Assembly: GCA_963733295.1 (NCBI GenBank)
Contig: CAVTCS010000003.1
Coordinates: 1,856,001 to 1,920,000 of the forward strand
Source of the DNA: Vulcanimicrobiota bacterium
GTDB taxonomy: Bacteria; Vulcanimicrobiota; Vulcanimicrobiia; Vulcanimicrobiales; Vulcanimicrobiaceae
DNA length: 64,000 bases
Reading direction: 5' to 3'
Shown: piece by piece, positions 46,040-54,429 of the stretch
Layout: each line of letters opens with the position of its first letter
Position numbering within the stretch: the first letter of the stretch is position 1
Notes under the pieces: model-generated
The model's database searches: none
What the model saw: only the letters and a program-made list of their open reading frames with translations
Told to the model about the DNA's origin: nothing
Position numbers and translations under genes: made by a program

Positions 46040-48718
46040 CTACGGTCCGACGATAACTTTCACGAATCCTGACGGCCGCACGACCGAAGCGAACGCGTCC
46101 TTCACCGATTGCGCCGACGTTCCGATGATGGCTTGCGCGTCGAGGCGATCTTGGTCGAGCGGACGTCCGTTCTGCGCGTCGGTGAGCAGCGCCTGAGCGA
46201 TCGTCGCGAGCGCGGCTCCATCGACGATCGTCCGCCGGACGACTGCGGCCTTGGCGAGCGACAGCTCGAAATCGTCCACCGGCGTCGTTTGCATGCGCGC
46301 GATCTCAGCGTCGATCAAGCGCGAGATGCGGTCGAGGTTCCCCGGCGACGACGAGAACTCGATCGAGAACTGCGAGCGTGACTTGTCGGCCGAAAGCTCC
46401 GAATTGATCGAATACACGAGCCCCGCGTTTTGACGGATGTCGCGGAACAAGCGGCTCTGCTCGGCGCCCAGCGAGCCGCCACCGAAGATCGTGTTTCCGA
46501 GGCGCATGGCCGCGTACTGCGGCGACGAGCGGTCGAGTCCGACGAGTTCCGCTAGCGTCACTTCATCTTGGCTCAGCGACTTGGCGGTAAGGCGGACGTC
46601 GCCCGGTGGGTTCAGCGCCACCGCCGGCAGTTCGAGTGAAGGGGGGTCGCCCGAGGTCTTCCATCCGCCGAAGGCGCGCTCGAACGCACTCTTCGCCGCC
46701 TCCGGCGTGACGTTGCCGGCGACCACGATCGTGGTGAGTTCCGGGCGAAACGTCTTCGCGTAGTACGCGCGAACGTCGTCGAGCGTCACGCTCAGGATCG
46801 AGTCGGGCGTAGGCTGGCGTAAAGCCGGATCGCCCGCGGGCAGCAGCTTCTTGGCAAGCTGCAATTGAGCGACGGTTCCGGTGCTGTTGAGCGAGGTTTC
46901 CAACTCTTCGAGCGTGCGGCGACGCGCGGCTTCGAACGTCGTCGCATCGAACCGCGGCTGCAATTCGGCCTCGGCCAGCAGCGTCACCGCGCGATCGAAT
47001 GAAGCCGAGGTCGTCTGCATGCCGAAACTCAAGCCGGCACCGATCTGCGTGTCCAGATCGTCCTGCGCCCGTTGAAACGTCTGACGGTCGCGGTCTCTTG
47101 TGCCGAACGCGAACATCGCATTTAAGATGTTCGCGACGCCCTCTTTGCCGGGCGGTTCCTCGAGAACGGCGTTCGAACGTGCGATGCCGTAGGTGAGCAC
47201 CGTATCCGAAATCTCGGCGGGGCGGACGATCAGCGTGATGCCGTTGGCGAGCCGGGTCTGCGACGGGAGCGCGGCAGCCGGAGGCGCCGCGACGTTTTCG
47301 AGCAGCGAGTTTCCCCAAGCGGGCAGCTTCGTGACCGCGCCTTGCACGTCGAGCGGCTTTTCCGGGCCGCGCTGTGCGGGTGCCGGTGGAGCGTTTTGAT
47401 TTGCGTTCGACGACGGCGTCAGCGCACCGATGATGGCGTGACTGGGATCGAGATAGCGCTTTGCGGCGCGGTTCACATCGGCCAGCGTGACGCCTGCGAG
47501 CAATTCCTGCTCGCGCACGATCGACGGTTCGTCGTCGAGCGCGATCGTCGTCGCCCAGTCGTTCGCCAGGGACGATATCGAGTTGCGTCCCAACTCTTGG
47601 CTGACGATCGACTGCCGCTTCGTCGTCTCGAACAATTCCTGCGGTACCCCGTGCGCGGCGTAATCACGCACGATCGTTTCCAGACGCTTGGTCATATCGT
47701 AGGGGTTGGCGTTCGGTGCGAGGGCCGCGGTAGCGATGCCGATTTGACCTTCCGGAACGTACGGCGTCGAAATCCATTCCGCGTCGAGCGCCTGGCCGGA
47801 GTCGACGAGGGGTTGAAACGGACCGCGCGGCGAGCCGAGAATTTGCTGCAACATGTACGCCGCCAGGAAGTCCGGACTGTTGACGCCGGGGAAGCGGAAC
47901 GCGAGCGCCGCCAGCGGATACGTCAACGAAGTCGGACGGCGGATCACCTTTTGTTCGAGCGGCTCGAGATGCGCGACCGGATGCGCGGGGACCGCGCGTC
48001 GCGGAATGCCCTCGAAGTACGAGCGCACTTGGGCGAGGACGGCCTCTTTGTCGACGTTGCCCGCGATGACGAAGACGGCGTTGTTCGGGGCGTACCAGCG
48101 CTCGTAGAATTTCTTGAGATCCGGCCCGGTCAGGCGGTTGAATGCCGGGATCGTGCCGACGCCCTGACGCGCGTACGGCGTGCCCGCGAAGACGTACGCT
48201 TGCACGTCGCGGAAAAAATCGCCGCCGGGAGTGGATTCGTCGCGCAACACTTCTTGCTCGATTGCGCCGCGCTCGTTCTCCCATTGGGACTGCGCGTCGA
48301 GAATGTCGCGCATCCGGTCCGACTCGATGCGCAGGACCGCGTCGAGATTCGACGCCGGAACCGTGAATTCGAACTGCGTTATCGTGTCGGACGTCTCGGC
48401 GTTGAAGTTTCCGCCGAGCGCCGTCGCGATCGTGCCGAGCTGACTCGTGCTCAGGTTCGGCGTACCGCGGAACATCATGTGTTCCTGGGCATGCGCCATG
48501 CCTTGGAAATTCTGGGGATCGTCGCGCGAGCCCACGAGGTACGTCATGTCGGTCGAAACGACCGGCGCGAGCGTATTGCGGACGATGACGACTCGCAGAC
48601 CGTTCGACAGCGTCGCCTTGAGAACGTCGTCCACGATCGGGGACGCGGCGCGACCGGCGCCCGACAGCGACCCAATCAGGGCCACGATTGCAGCAAAACA
48701 GAGGGCTCGGAACTTCAT
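46040..48718 (-). CDS. M16 (pitrilysin-family) zinc peptidase, exported
   Basis: Signal peptide; inverted zinc motif HAQEH; NAET; second half begins LANGITL. Confidence 0.92.
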   Translation of the reverse strand: MKFRALCFAAIVALIGSLSGAGRAASPIVDDVLKATLSNGLRVVIVRNTLAPVVSTDMTYLVGSRDDPQNFQGMAHAQEHMMFRGTPNLSTSQLGTIATALGGNFNAETSDTITQFEFTVPASNLDAVLRIESDRMRDILDAQSQWENERGAIEQEVLRDESTPGGDFFRDVQAYVFAGTPYARQGVGTIPAFNRLTGPDLKKFYERWYAPNNAVFVIAGNVDKEAVLAQVRSYFEGIPRRAVPAHPVAHLEPLEQKVIRRPTSLTYPLAALAFRFPGVNSPDFLAAYMLQQILGSPRGPFQPLVDSGQALDAEWISTPYVPEGQIGIATAALAPNANPYDMTKRLETIVRDYAAHGVPQELFETTKRQSIVSQELGRNSISSLANDWATTIALDDEPSIVREQELLAGVTLADVNRAAKRYLDPSHAIIGALTPSSNANQNAPPAPAQRGPEKPLDVQGAVTKLPAWGNSLLENVAAPPAAALPSQTRLANGITLIVRPAEISDTVLTYGIARSNAVLEEPPGKEGVANILNAMFAFGTRDRDRQTFQRAQDDLDTQIGAGLSFGMQTTSASFDRAVTLLAEAELQPRFDATTFEAARRRTLEELETSLNSTGTVAQLQLAKKLLPAGDPALRQPTPDSILSVTLDDVRAYYAKTFRPELTTIVVAGNVTPEAAKSAFERAFGGWKTSGDPPSLELPAVALNPPGDVRLTAKSLSQDEVTLAELVGLDRSSPQYAAMRLGNTIFGGGSLGAEQSRLFRDIRQNAGLVYSINSELSADKSRSQFSIEFSSSPGNLDRISRLIDAEIARMQTTPVDDFELSLAKAAVVRRTIVDGAALATIAQALLTDAQNGRPLDQDRLDAQAIIGTSAQSVKDAFASVVRPSGFVKVIVGP

Positions 48719-48751
48719 AGGTCGCCTATCGTTCGTCCGAGTCGAAAAGCC

Positions 48752-49528
48752 CTATCGGGGTTTACCGTCTGCGTGGACGGCATGCTCGCTCGCCTTCGTA
48801 CTCTTGCGAATGTCGTAACCCAGAAGACGGTCGCTCTGATCGGCAACGATTGCGTAGCATTCGCAACTAGCCGACTCCAACCCGGCCCGGTCGCGCACGG
48901 TGATCCGGCCGCGCCGGTACTCGATGAACCCGGCCCTGTCGAGCGTAGCGGCAGCCAAACTGACGCCGGGCCTCCGGACGCCGAGCATCACCGCGAGAAA
49001 CTCGTGCGTCAGCATCAACACGTCGTTCGCGACGCGGTCGTGCGCCATCAAGAGCCAGCGCGCGGCACGTTCGTTGATCGGATGCAGGCGATTGCAGCCC
49101 GAAAACTGCGCCACCGTAATCAGACTGACTTGCGCATATAGCAGCACCCGCTCCGCCAGCGCCGGGTCGTTGCGCGTGGCTTGAATGAGTGCGGCGCCGG
49201 GCATCGCCCACATGCTGCCTGGGATCTGCACCATCGCGTCGTGCGGACTCAGCGAGTCACCCAGCGCGGCGGACAAGCCGTGAAAACCGTCACGCCCGAT
49301 CAAGCTCACTTCGATGCTGGAGCCGTCGCGCATCGTCGTGACGATCGAGACGACGCTCTCGATCGGAAAGACCGCCTCGGGAACCGGGAAACCGAGGTTG
49401 GCGATCGGGTCGCCGGAGTTATTGGAGCGCTTCTCGAGATATGGACGCAGAGCGTCGAGAGAAGCCAAGGGCAATGCGTCCAGGAACGCGTTGCCGGTCA
49501 ATTCGCTCATCGGAACACGTTCGGCCAT
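48752..49528 (-). CDS. Crp/Fnr family transcriptional regulator
   Basis: cNMP-like domain, CNRLHPINERAARWLL, LTHEFLAVMLGVRRPGVS HTH; start 49528 or 49510. Confidence 0.9.
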   Translation of the reverse strand: MAERVPMSELTGNAFLDALPLASLDALRPYLEKRSNNSGDPIANLGFPVPEAVFPIESVVSIVTTMRDGSSIEVSLIGRDGFHGLSAALGDSLSPHDAMVQIPGSMWAMPGAALIQATRNDPALAERVLLYAQVSLITVAQFSGCNRLHPINERAARWLLMAHDRVANDVLMLTHEFLAVMLGVRRPGVSLAAATLDRAGFIEYRRGRITVRDRAGLESASCECYAIVADQSDRLLGYDIRKSTKASEHAVHADGKPR

Positions 49529-49606
49529 ACAAATGAACCTCAGCGCCGGTCTATAACCGGCGAGCAACGAGTTCCGTTTACGGGTAAGGCTCGAGCGGGC
49601 CTGCGC

Positions 49607-49894
49607 TTATAGGCCGAGAAGGTACTGGACCGGCGTTACTCTACCGCCGAAAAAGGCCGTCACGTCGACGTCGTACGCCTCGGCCAAGCGTTGCAGTTCG
49701 TCTTCGCTCAGCGCCGATTCCGCGTCTTCTGCTTCCGCTAAGCGTTGCGGTTCGAGCTCGGCCTTCTTGGCTGCAAACTCGATGTCGTAGCCCAGCCGGG
49801 TCCGAACCGAAATGAGCTGCTCGGCAACCTGCGCGAGAATTTCCTCCCGCTCCGGCTCCGCCAGATCGGCTTCGAAGGGTGGCTGCTGATCCAT
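49607..49894 (-). CDS. XRE-type helix-turn-helix protein
   Basis: LISVRTRLGYDIEFAAKKA..LAEAE..LQRLAEAYDV; AGGAGG RBS. Confidence 0.7.
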   Translation of the reverse strand: MDQQPPFEADLAEPEREEILAQVAEQLISVRTRLGYDIEFAAKKAELEPQRLAEAEDAESALSEDELQRLAEAYDVDVTAFFGGRVTPVQYLLGL

Positions 49895-49903
49895 TGACGC
49901 CTC

Positions 49904-50965
49904 CTAGAGCGTGACGGCTTCGGCGATCGCTCTGCCAACATCTTCCGTGCGCGCCGTTCCACCGATGTCGGGCGTGCGCGGGCCGCTGGCAAGAACTTTT
50001 TCGATCGCGCTCACGATGGCTTCCGCCGCATCGAGATGACCGAGATGCTCGAGCATCATCGCGCCGGACCAGATCTGTCCGATCGGATCGGCGATCCGTT
50101 TGCCCGCGATGTCGGGCGCGGAGCCGTGAACGGGCTCGAACATCGAGGGGTACTCGCGCTCCGGATTGAGGTTTGCGGACGGTGCGATGCCGATCGTTCC
50201 CGTGCAGCCGGGACCGAGGTCGGAGAGGATGTCGCCGAAGAGATTGGAGCCGACGACGACATCGAACCAGTCCGGATGCTGCACGAAGTGCGCCGTCAGG
50301 ATATCGATGTGGTACTGGTCGGTGCGCACGTCCGGATACTGCGCCGCCATCGCTTTGACGCGCTCGTCCCAATAGGGCATCGTGATTGCAATGCCGTTCG
50401 ACTTCGTCGCCGACGTCAGATGCTTCTTCGGACGCCGGTTGGCCAGCTCGTACGCATAGCGCAGGACGCGATCGACGCCGCGCCGCGTGAAGATCGTCTC
50501 TTGAATGACGATTTCGTCGTCGGTGCCCTCGTTGAAGCGGCCGCCGACCGCCGAATACTCGCCCTCGGTATTTTCGCGGACGATCCAAAAGTCGATGTCA
50601 CCCGGAGCGCGCCCCGCGAGCGGCGAGGTGATTCCCGGCATCAGCCGGACGGGCCGCAAGTTGACGTATTGCGCAAAGCGCCGACGAATCGGTATCAGGA
50701 GACCCCAAAGCGAAACGTGATCCGGAACGCCCGGAAAGCCGACCGCCCCGAGAAAGATCGCGTCGTGATTGCGGATCTGCTCGACCCCGTCCTCGGGCAT
50801 CATCGCTCCGGTGGCCGCAAAGCGTTTGCAGCTCCAATCGAAGTGCTCCCATTCGAAGCGTACGCCGCTCTTCTTGGCGGCAGCATCGACGACGCGGATT
50901 CCCTCCGGCATGACTTCCTGACCGATACCGTCGCCCGCGATCACCGCGACCTTGTAGCTTTTCAT
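49904..50965 (-). CDS. Tartrate dehydrogenase / D-malate dehydrogenase (decarboxylating)
   Basis: GDGIGQEV, VPDHVSLWGLLIPIRR, RENTEGEY, TKSNGI, SNLFGDILSD, EPVHGSAPDI. Confidence 0.92.
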   Translation of the reverse strand: MKSYKVAVIAGDGIGQEVMPEGIRVVDAAAKKSGVRFEWEHFDWSCKRFAATGAMMPEDGVEQIRNHDAIFLGAVGFPGVPDHVSLWGLLIPIRRRFAQYVNLRPVRLMPGITSPLAGRAPGDIDFWIVRENTEGEYSAVGGRFNEGTDDEIVIQETIFTRRGVDRVLRYAYELANRRPKKHLTSATKSNGIAITMPYWDERVKAMAAQYPDVRTDQYHIDILTAHFVQHPDWFDVVVGSNLFGDILSDLGPGCTGTIGIAPSANLNPEREYPSMFEPVHGSAPDIAGKRIADPIGQIWSGAMMLEHLGHLDAAEAIVSAIEKVLASGPRTPDIGGTARTEDVGRAIAEAVTL

Positions 50966-51255
50966 TACCAGTCGCCCATACGCTCTTCGTCGACTTCACC
51001 CTCGAAGGCGATCGTACCGGGCGCCAAGATCGCGGCGACGAGCGGCACGCCCTCGAACGAGAGGCGCGCCGAATGCAAGTGCGCCGTTGCGGGATCGCGC
51101 TCGTAGAGCGCGCAGTAACGCGCCAAAACGTCCGGCGCGCAGACAACGCGATGCGGCCGGACGTTGTAGAGTTCCCTGAATCGCGCGAAGGCGCGCTCGA
51201 AATCCGAAGCGGAGAACGTCCTTCCTAAATTGACTTCGCGACGAACGTTCTCCAA
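50965..51255 (-). CDS. Hypothetical protein
   Basis: Stop overlaps the tartrate dehydrogenase ATG; start (TTG 51255) uncertain. Confidence 0.6.
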   Translation of the reverse strand: MENVRREVNLGRTFSASDFERAFARFRELYNVRPHRVVCAPDVLARYCALYERDPATAHLHSARLSFEGVPLVAAILAPGTIAFEGEVDEERMGDW

Positions 51256-51274
51256 CCGCGGCTCCTGCCTTGCG

Positions 51275-51586
51275 TTACATCGGGATGGTTTCGTAGATCT
51301 CGACGGTTCCGCCGCTGCCCAGGACCGGACACTTCTTTGCCATGCCGGCTGCCGCATCGAGATTCTCGGCCTTGATGAGCGAGTAGCCCGTCAAGCGCGA
51401 ACCCCCGCCGTCGTTGACGTTTCCGTTCGACCCGACCGACTTCGACGGACCGAAGGGAGTTCCGTGATCGACGACTGCCGAGCCGAGGCCTCCGAACCAT
51501 GCCATCCAAGCCGCCATCGCGGCCTGCTGTTCCGCCTCAGTCGCCGCCATGCCGCCGCCTTTGTACACGAATACATAGTTAGCCAT
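51275..51586 (-). CDS. YciI-like domain protein
   Basis: AWMAWFGGLG..GTPF..LTGYSLIKA..A.KCP..GGTVEI; AAGGAG RBS. Confidence 0.8.
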   Translation of the reverse strand: MANYVFVYKGGGMAATEAEQQAAMAAWMAWFGGLGSAVVDHGTPFGPSKSVGSNGNVNDGGGSRLTGYSLIKAENLDAAAGMAKKCPVLGSGGTVEIYETIPM

Positions 51587-51625
51587 AAGCCTTCTCCTTC
51601 TTATCGTTGTGGTTGAGAATTCGAG

Positions 51626-52072
51626 CTACTGCTTGAAATTGAACGTAGCGAGTCTCGCGAGCGCTTCTTCCCAACCGACCTTGTACTGCGGTGTGGCTGC
51701 CTCGGCTGGGAAACCGCCGTGCGTTATGCGGATCTCGGTTTGCGCTCCGCGGTCGTCGAACTCGACGGTCACGAGCGTTTCGAGCGAATCGGGGATCCCG
51801 TTTTCCCAGTGCCAGGTGTACACGAGCCGGCTCGGCGGCGTGACTTCGCGGTAGCTTCCCGCGACGACCAGCGTCGGGCCCTCGAGCCCCTCCATCACGA
51901 ATCGATACGCACCACCCGGGCGCAAATCGACCTCAGCGGTCGGCGTCAACATTCCGATCGGTCCCCACCACTGCTTGATGCGTTCCGGATCGGTCCAGGC
52001 GCGAAAGACCTCGTCGCGCGGCGCGTCGAGAATGCGCGAAACCTGAAGTTCGCGCGTAGAGGGCTGCGTCAT
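51626..52072 (-). CDS. SRPBCC/AHSA1-like ligand-binding protein
   Basis: APRDEVFRAWTDPE..WWGP, DLRPGG, PPSRLVYTW, GWEEALARL; ATGA overlap with ArsR. Confidence 0.9.
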   Translation of the reverse strand: MTQPSTRELQVSRILDAPRDEVFRAWTDPERIKQWWGPIGMLTPTAEVDLRPGGAYRFVMEGLEGPTLVVAGSYREVTPPSRLVYTWHWENGIPDSLETLVTVEFDDRGAQTEIRITHGGFPAEAATPQYKVGWEEALARLATFNFKQ

Positions 52073-52410
52073 GGCGAAGGTTCCTTGCCGGCGGCGAGGT
52101 GTTGAGCGAACGCGTCCAAACGCGCATCCCAAAAGGTGCGATAGAACGCAAGCCAATCGTCGGCGACGCGAAGCGGTGCCGACGCGAGCTTGCAGCGACG
52201 GACGCGCCCGACCCTGCGGTGGGTTAAGAGACCGGCTCGCTCGAGCACGCCGAGGTGCTTGGTGACCGCCGGCAGCGACACGTGGAAGGGCGCAGCAAGC
52301 TCCGAGACCGAGGCCTCGCCGGCCGCCAGCCGCTGCACGATCGCCCGCCGCGTGGGGTCGGACAGTGCGGCAAAGACCGCGTCGAGATCGTCCGGCGAAT
52401 ACTTAACCAT
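52069..52410 (-). CDS. ArsR/SmtB-family repressor (SRPBCC-associated)
   Basis: LDAVFAALSDPTRRAI..VSELA..SLPAVTKHLGVLERAGL; this is the C-terminal part of the tracked 555-aa ORF. Confidence 0.9.
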   Translation of the reverse strand: MVKYSPDDLDAVFAALSDPTRRAIVQRLAAGEASVSELAAPFHVSLPAVTKHLGVLERAGLLTHRRVGRVRRCKLASAPLRVADDWLAFYRTFWDARLDAFAQHLAAGKEPSP

Positions 52411-52446
52411 TTGGTTTAGTATAGCTCGAACGGCCGGCAGGCGCAA
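52405..52446 (-). promoter_or_regulatory. Promoter TTGCGC-N17-TATACT with operator AACCA-N2-TGGTT over the start codon
   Basis: -10 lies 7 nt from the ATG (leaderless); palindrome at 52405-52416. Confidence 0.7.
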
Positions 52447-52497
52447 GCCCCGGCTCGCAAGGCGGAAGGCGGTGGCGCCGCCGAGTAAGCGATTGCA

Positions 52498-53355
52498 ATG
52501 CCCGCTCGCCTCCTCGATGGACGCGCACTCGCAGCCGAGTTGCGCGACGGACTCGCCGCGCGGACCGCCGCGCTCAGTGCCCGTGGAATCGTCCCACGGC
52601 TGCGCGTCGTTCTCGTTGGTGAGGACGAGGCGAGCCTCTCGTACGTCGCCGGAATGCAGCGCGTGGCCGCAAGGATCGGGACCGTGGTCGACGTCGAGGT
52701 TCTTCCGCTTTCGATCGACGACGCCGGCGTACGCGCGGCGCTCCAGCGCTACGCCGCCGATCGCCTCGTTCACGGCGTCATTTTGCAACAACCCCTCCCG
52801 CCGGCGCTCTCGATCCGCGCGATCGCCGACGCCATGCCGGCCGACAAAGACGTCGACGGCGCGAATCCCTACAATCAGGGCCGGCTCGCGTTTGCCACGG
52901 GCGCCCGATTCGTTCCGGCGACACCCGCGGCGGTGATGATGCTGCTCGAGCGCAGTGAGAAATGGCCGCTTCGCGGGCGCGAAGCCACGATCGTCGGGCG
53001 CTCGAACGTCGTCGGACTGCCGGTGGCCTTGCTCATCATGCAGCAAGACGCGACGGTGACGGTGACGCACCATAAAACGGTCGACTTGCGCGCTCACGTG
53101 CGGCGCGCCGAGGTGCTCGTCGTCGCCGCCGGCCAGCCGCATCTCATCGACGGCAGCTGGTTGCGTGAGGGCGCCACGGTGATCGACGTCGGGACGACGC
53201 TGATCGACGGCAAGTTGTTCGGCGACGTGGACTTCGAGAGCGCGCGAGCGGTGGCGGCGGAGATCACGCCCGTTCCGGGCGGCGTCGGTCCGGTGACCAA
53301 CATCGCTCTGATGACGAACCTGATCTCCGCCGCCGAATCGCTTAGCGCGCCCTAG
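52498..53355 (+). CDS. folD: Methylenetetrahydrofolate dehydrogenase/cyclohydrolase family protein
   Basis: LDGRALA, HGVILQQPLP, KDVDG, VGRSNVVG, IDVG, TPVPGGVGP. Confidence 0.92.
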   Translation: MPARLLDGRALAAELRDGLAARTAALSARGIVPRLRVVLVGEDEASLSYVAGMQRVAARIGTVVDVEVLPLSIDDAGVRAALQRYAADRLVHGVILQQPLPPALSIRAIADAMPADKDVDGANPYNQGRLAFATGARFVPATPAAVMMLLERSEKWPLRGREATIVGRSNVVGLPVALLIMQQDATVTVTHHKTVDLRAHVRRAEVLVVAAGQPHLIDGSWLREGATVIDVGTTLIDGKLFGDVDFESARAVAAEITPVPGGVGPVTNIALMTNLISAAESLSAP

Positions 53356-53813
53356 CTCGCGAGAAGCGCGGCGAGCTTGTCGAACGTCGTGGTCCAGCCG
53401 CGGTTGTGGCCGTCGCGCGATTCGACGGTCGCGAAACCCTCGTGCTTGAATACCATCTCGGTTTCGTCGCCGCGTTCGATGAAATCGATCGTCACTTGGG
53501 TCTGCGGGCCGGTCGCGCCCTCGACCGCAGGATCGTCGTCTTCCCAGGCCCACGTGTACGAAAGTTGCTCCGGTGGCCGGATTTTGGTGAACGTTCCGAC
53601 TGCGATGTTCCTGTCGCCGTCGGAGTCGAGGATCACGATGCGGTACGCACCGCCCTCGCGCAGATCGAGTGCGACCTCGGTCGCCGTCATGCCGGCGGGA
53701 CCGAACCATTGCCGCATGAGCTCCGGCTTGGTCCAAGCGTCGAAGACTCGCGCCCGCGACGCCTTGAAGGTGCGGCGAATGAGGAGCGCCGGGGCAGTAC
53801 CAGTGTCGGTCAT
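53352..53813 (-). CDS. SRPBCC/AHSA1-like ligand-binding protein
   Basis: ASRARVFDAWTKPE..WFGP, DLREGG, HNRGWTTTFDKL. Confidence 0.9.
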   Translation of the reverse strand: MTDTGTAPALLIRRTFKASRARVFDAWTKPELMRQWFGPAGMTATEVALDLREGGAYRIVILDSDGDRNIAVGTFTKIRPPEQLSYTWAWEDDDPAVEGATGPQTQVTIDFIERGDETEMVFKHEGFATVESRDGHNRGWTTTFDKLAALLAS

Positions 53814-54004
53814 AGCGTTTGGCCTTTCAAATAGCGGGCGAGACATTCGAGCGAGCGATCCCAGTCCGGCCCGCATCGTCGTAAGCGCGGCGCCGGCCGC
53901 TCGGAAGGGGTAAACCAGCTGTACGGCGCGTCCGCCGTGGTCCAGGCGCCGAAGAGTCCGGCGCGAGGCGCGCGTGAAGCGCCATTGCGAGAACCAGACA
54001 TCAC
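53810..54004 (-). pseudogene. Internally deleted SRPBCC gene (64 aa)
   Basis: Keeps the N-terminal APRAGLFGAWT..WFTP and C-terminal WDRSLECLARYL; overlaps both neighbours by 4 bp. Confidence 0.55.
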
Positions 54005-54348
54005 GTGTTTCTCTTCTCCTCTGCCGACGTCCGAGCGAGATACGCATCGAGACTATCGAACGTTTGATTCCAAAAGCGCTCTTGCGCGTCGAGCCAGTCC
54101 GTCGCGCCGCGCATCGCGCGCGGTGACAGACGCAGATGGTGCTCGCGCCCCACGACCTTGCGCTTGAGCAGCCCGCTTCGCTCGAGCACTTTGATGTGCT
54201 TGGAGATCGCCGGTTGCGAAATCGCAAAGCCCGAGGCCAGCTCTCCGGCCGTGTGCTCGCCGCGGGTGAGCCGCTCCACCATCTTGCGGCGAACCGGGTC
54301 GGAAAGCGCCGCGAACACCCCGTCGAGCGTCGATTGATATTTAACCAT
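54001..54348 (-). CDS. ArsR/SmtB-family repressor (SRPBCC-associated)
   Basis: MVKY..LDGVFAALSDPVRR..SQPAISKHIKVLERSGL. Confidence 0.9.
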   Translation of the reverse strand: MVKYQSTLDGVFAALSDPVRRKMVERLTRGEHTAGELASGFAISQPAISKHIKVLERSGLLKRKVVGREHHLRLSPRAMRGATDWLDAQERFWNQTFDSLDAYLARTSAEEKRNT

Positions 54349-54386
54349 CTGGTTATATGTTAGCGCAAAGCAAAACATCCTGTCAA
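54342..54386 (-). promoter_or_regulatory. Promoter TTGACA-N18-TAACAT with operator TAACCA-N2-TGGTTA over the start codon
   Basis: -35 at 54381-86, -10 at 54357-62 (8 nt from the ATG); palindrome at 54342-54355. Confidence 0.72.
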
Positions 54387-54429
54387 GAGCGCCGCCTCGC
54401 GGTCGTCCCCTGTCGCGGGAGGTTAGCGG

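Noticed and set aside
47342..49141. 599-aa plus-strand ORF and similar long antisense ORFs
   Set aside because: High-GC antisense shadows of well-supported genes (here the M16 peptidase and Crp regulator).
52411..53736. 555-aa ORF as a long ArsR fusion
   Set aside because: The upstream part overlaps folD and SRPBCC in other frames; promoter and operator define the start at 52410.
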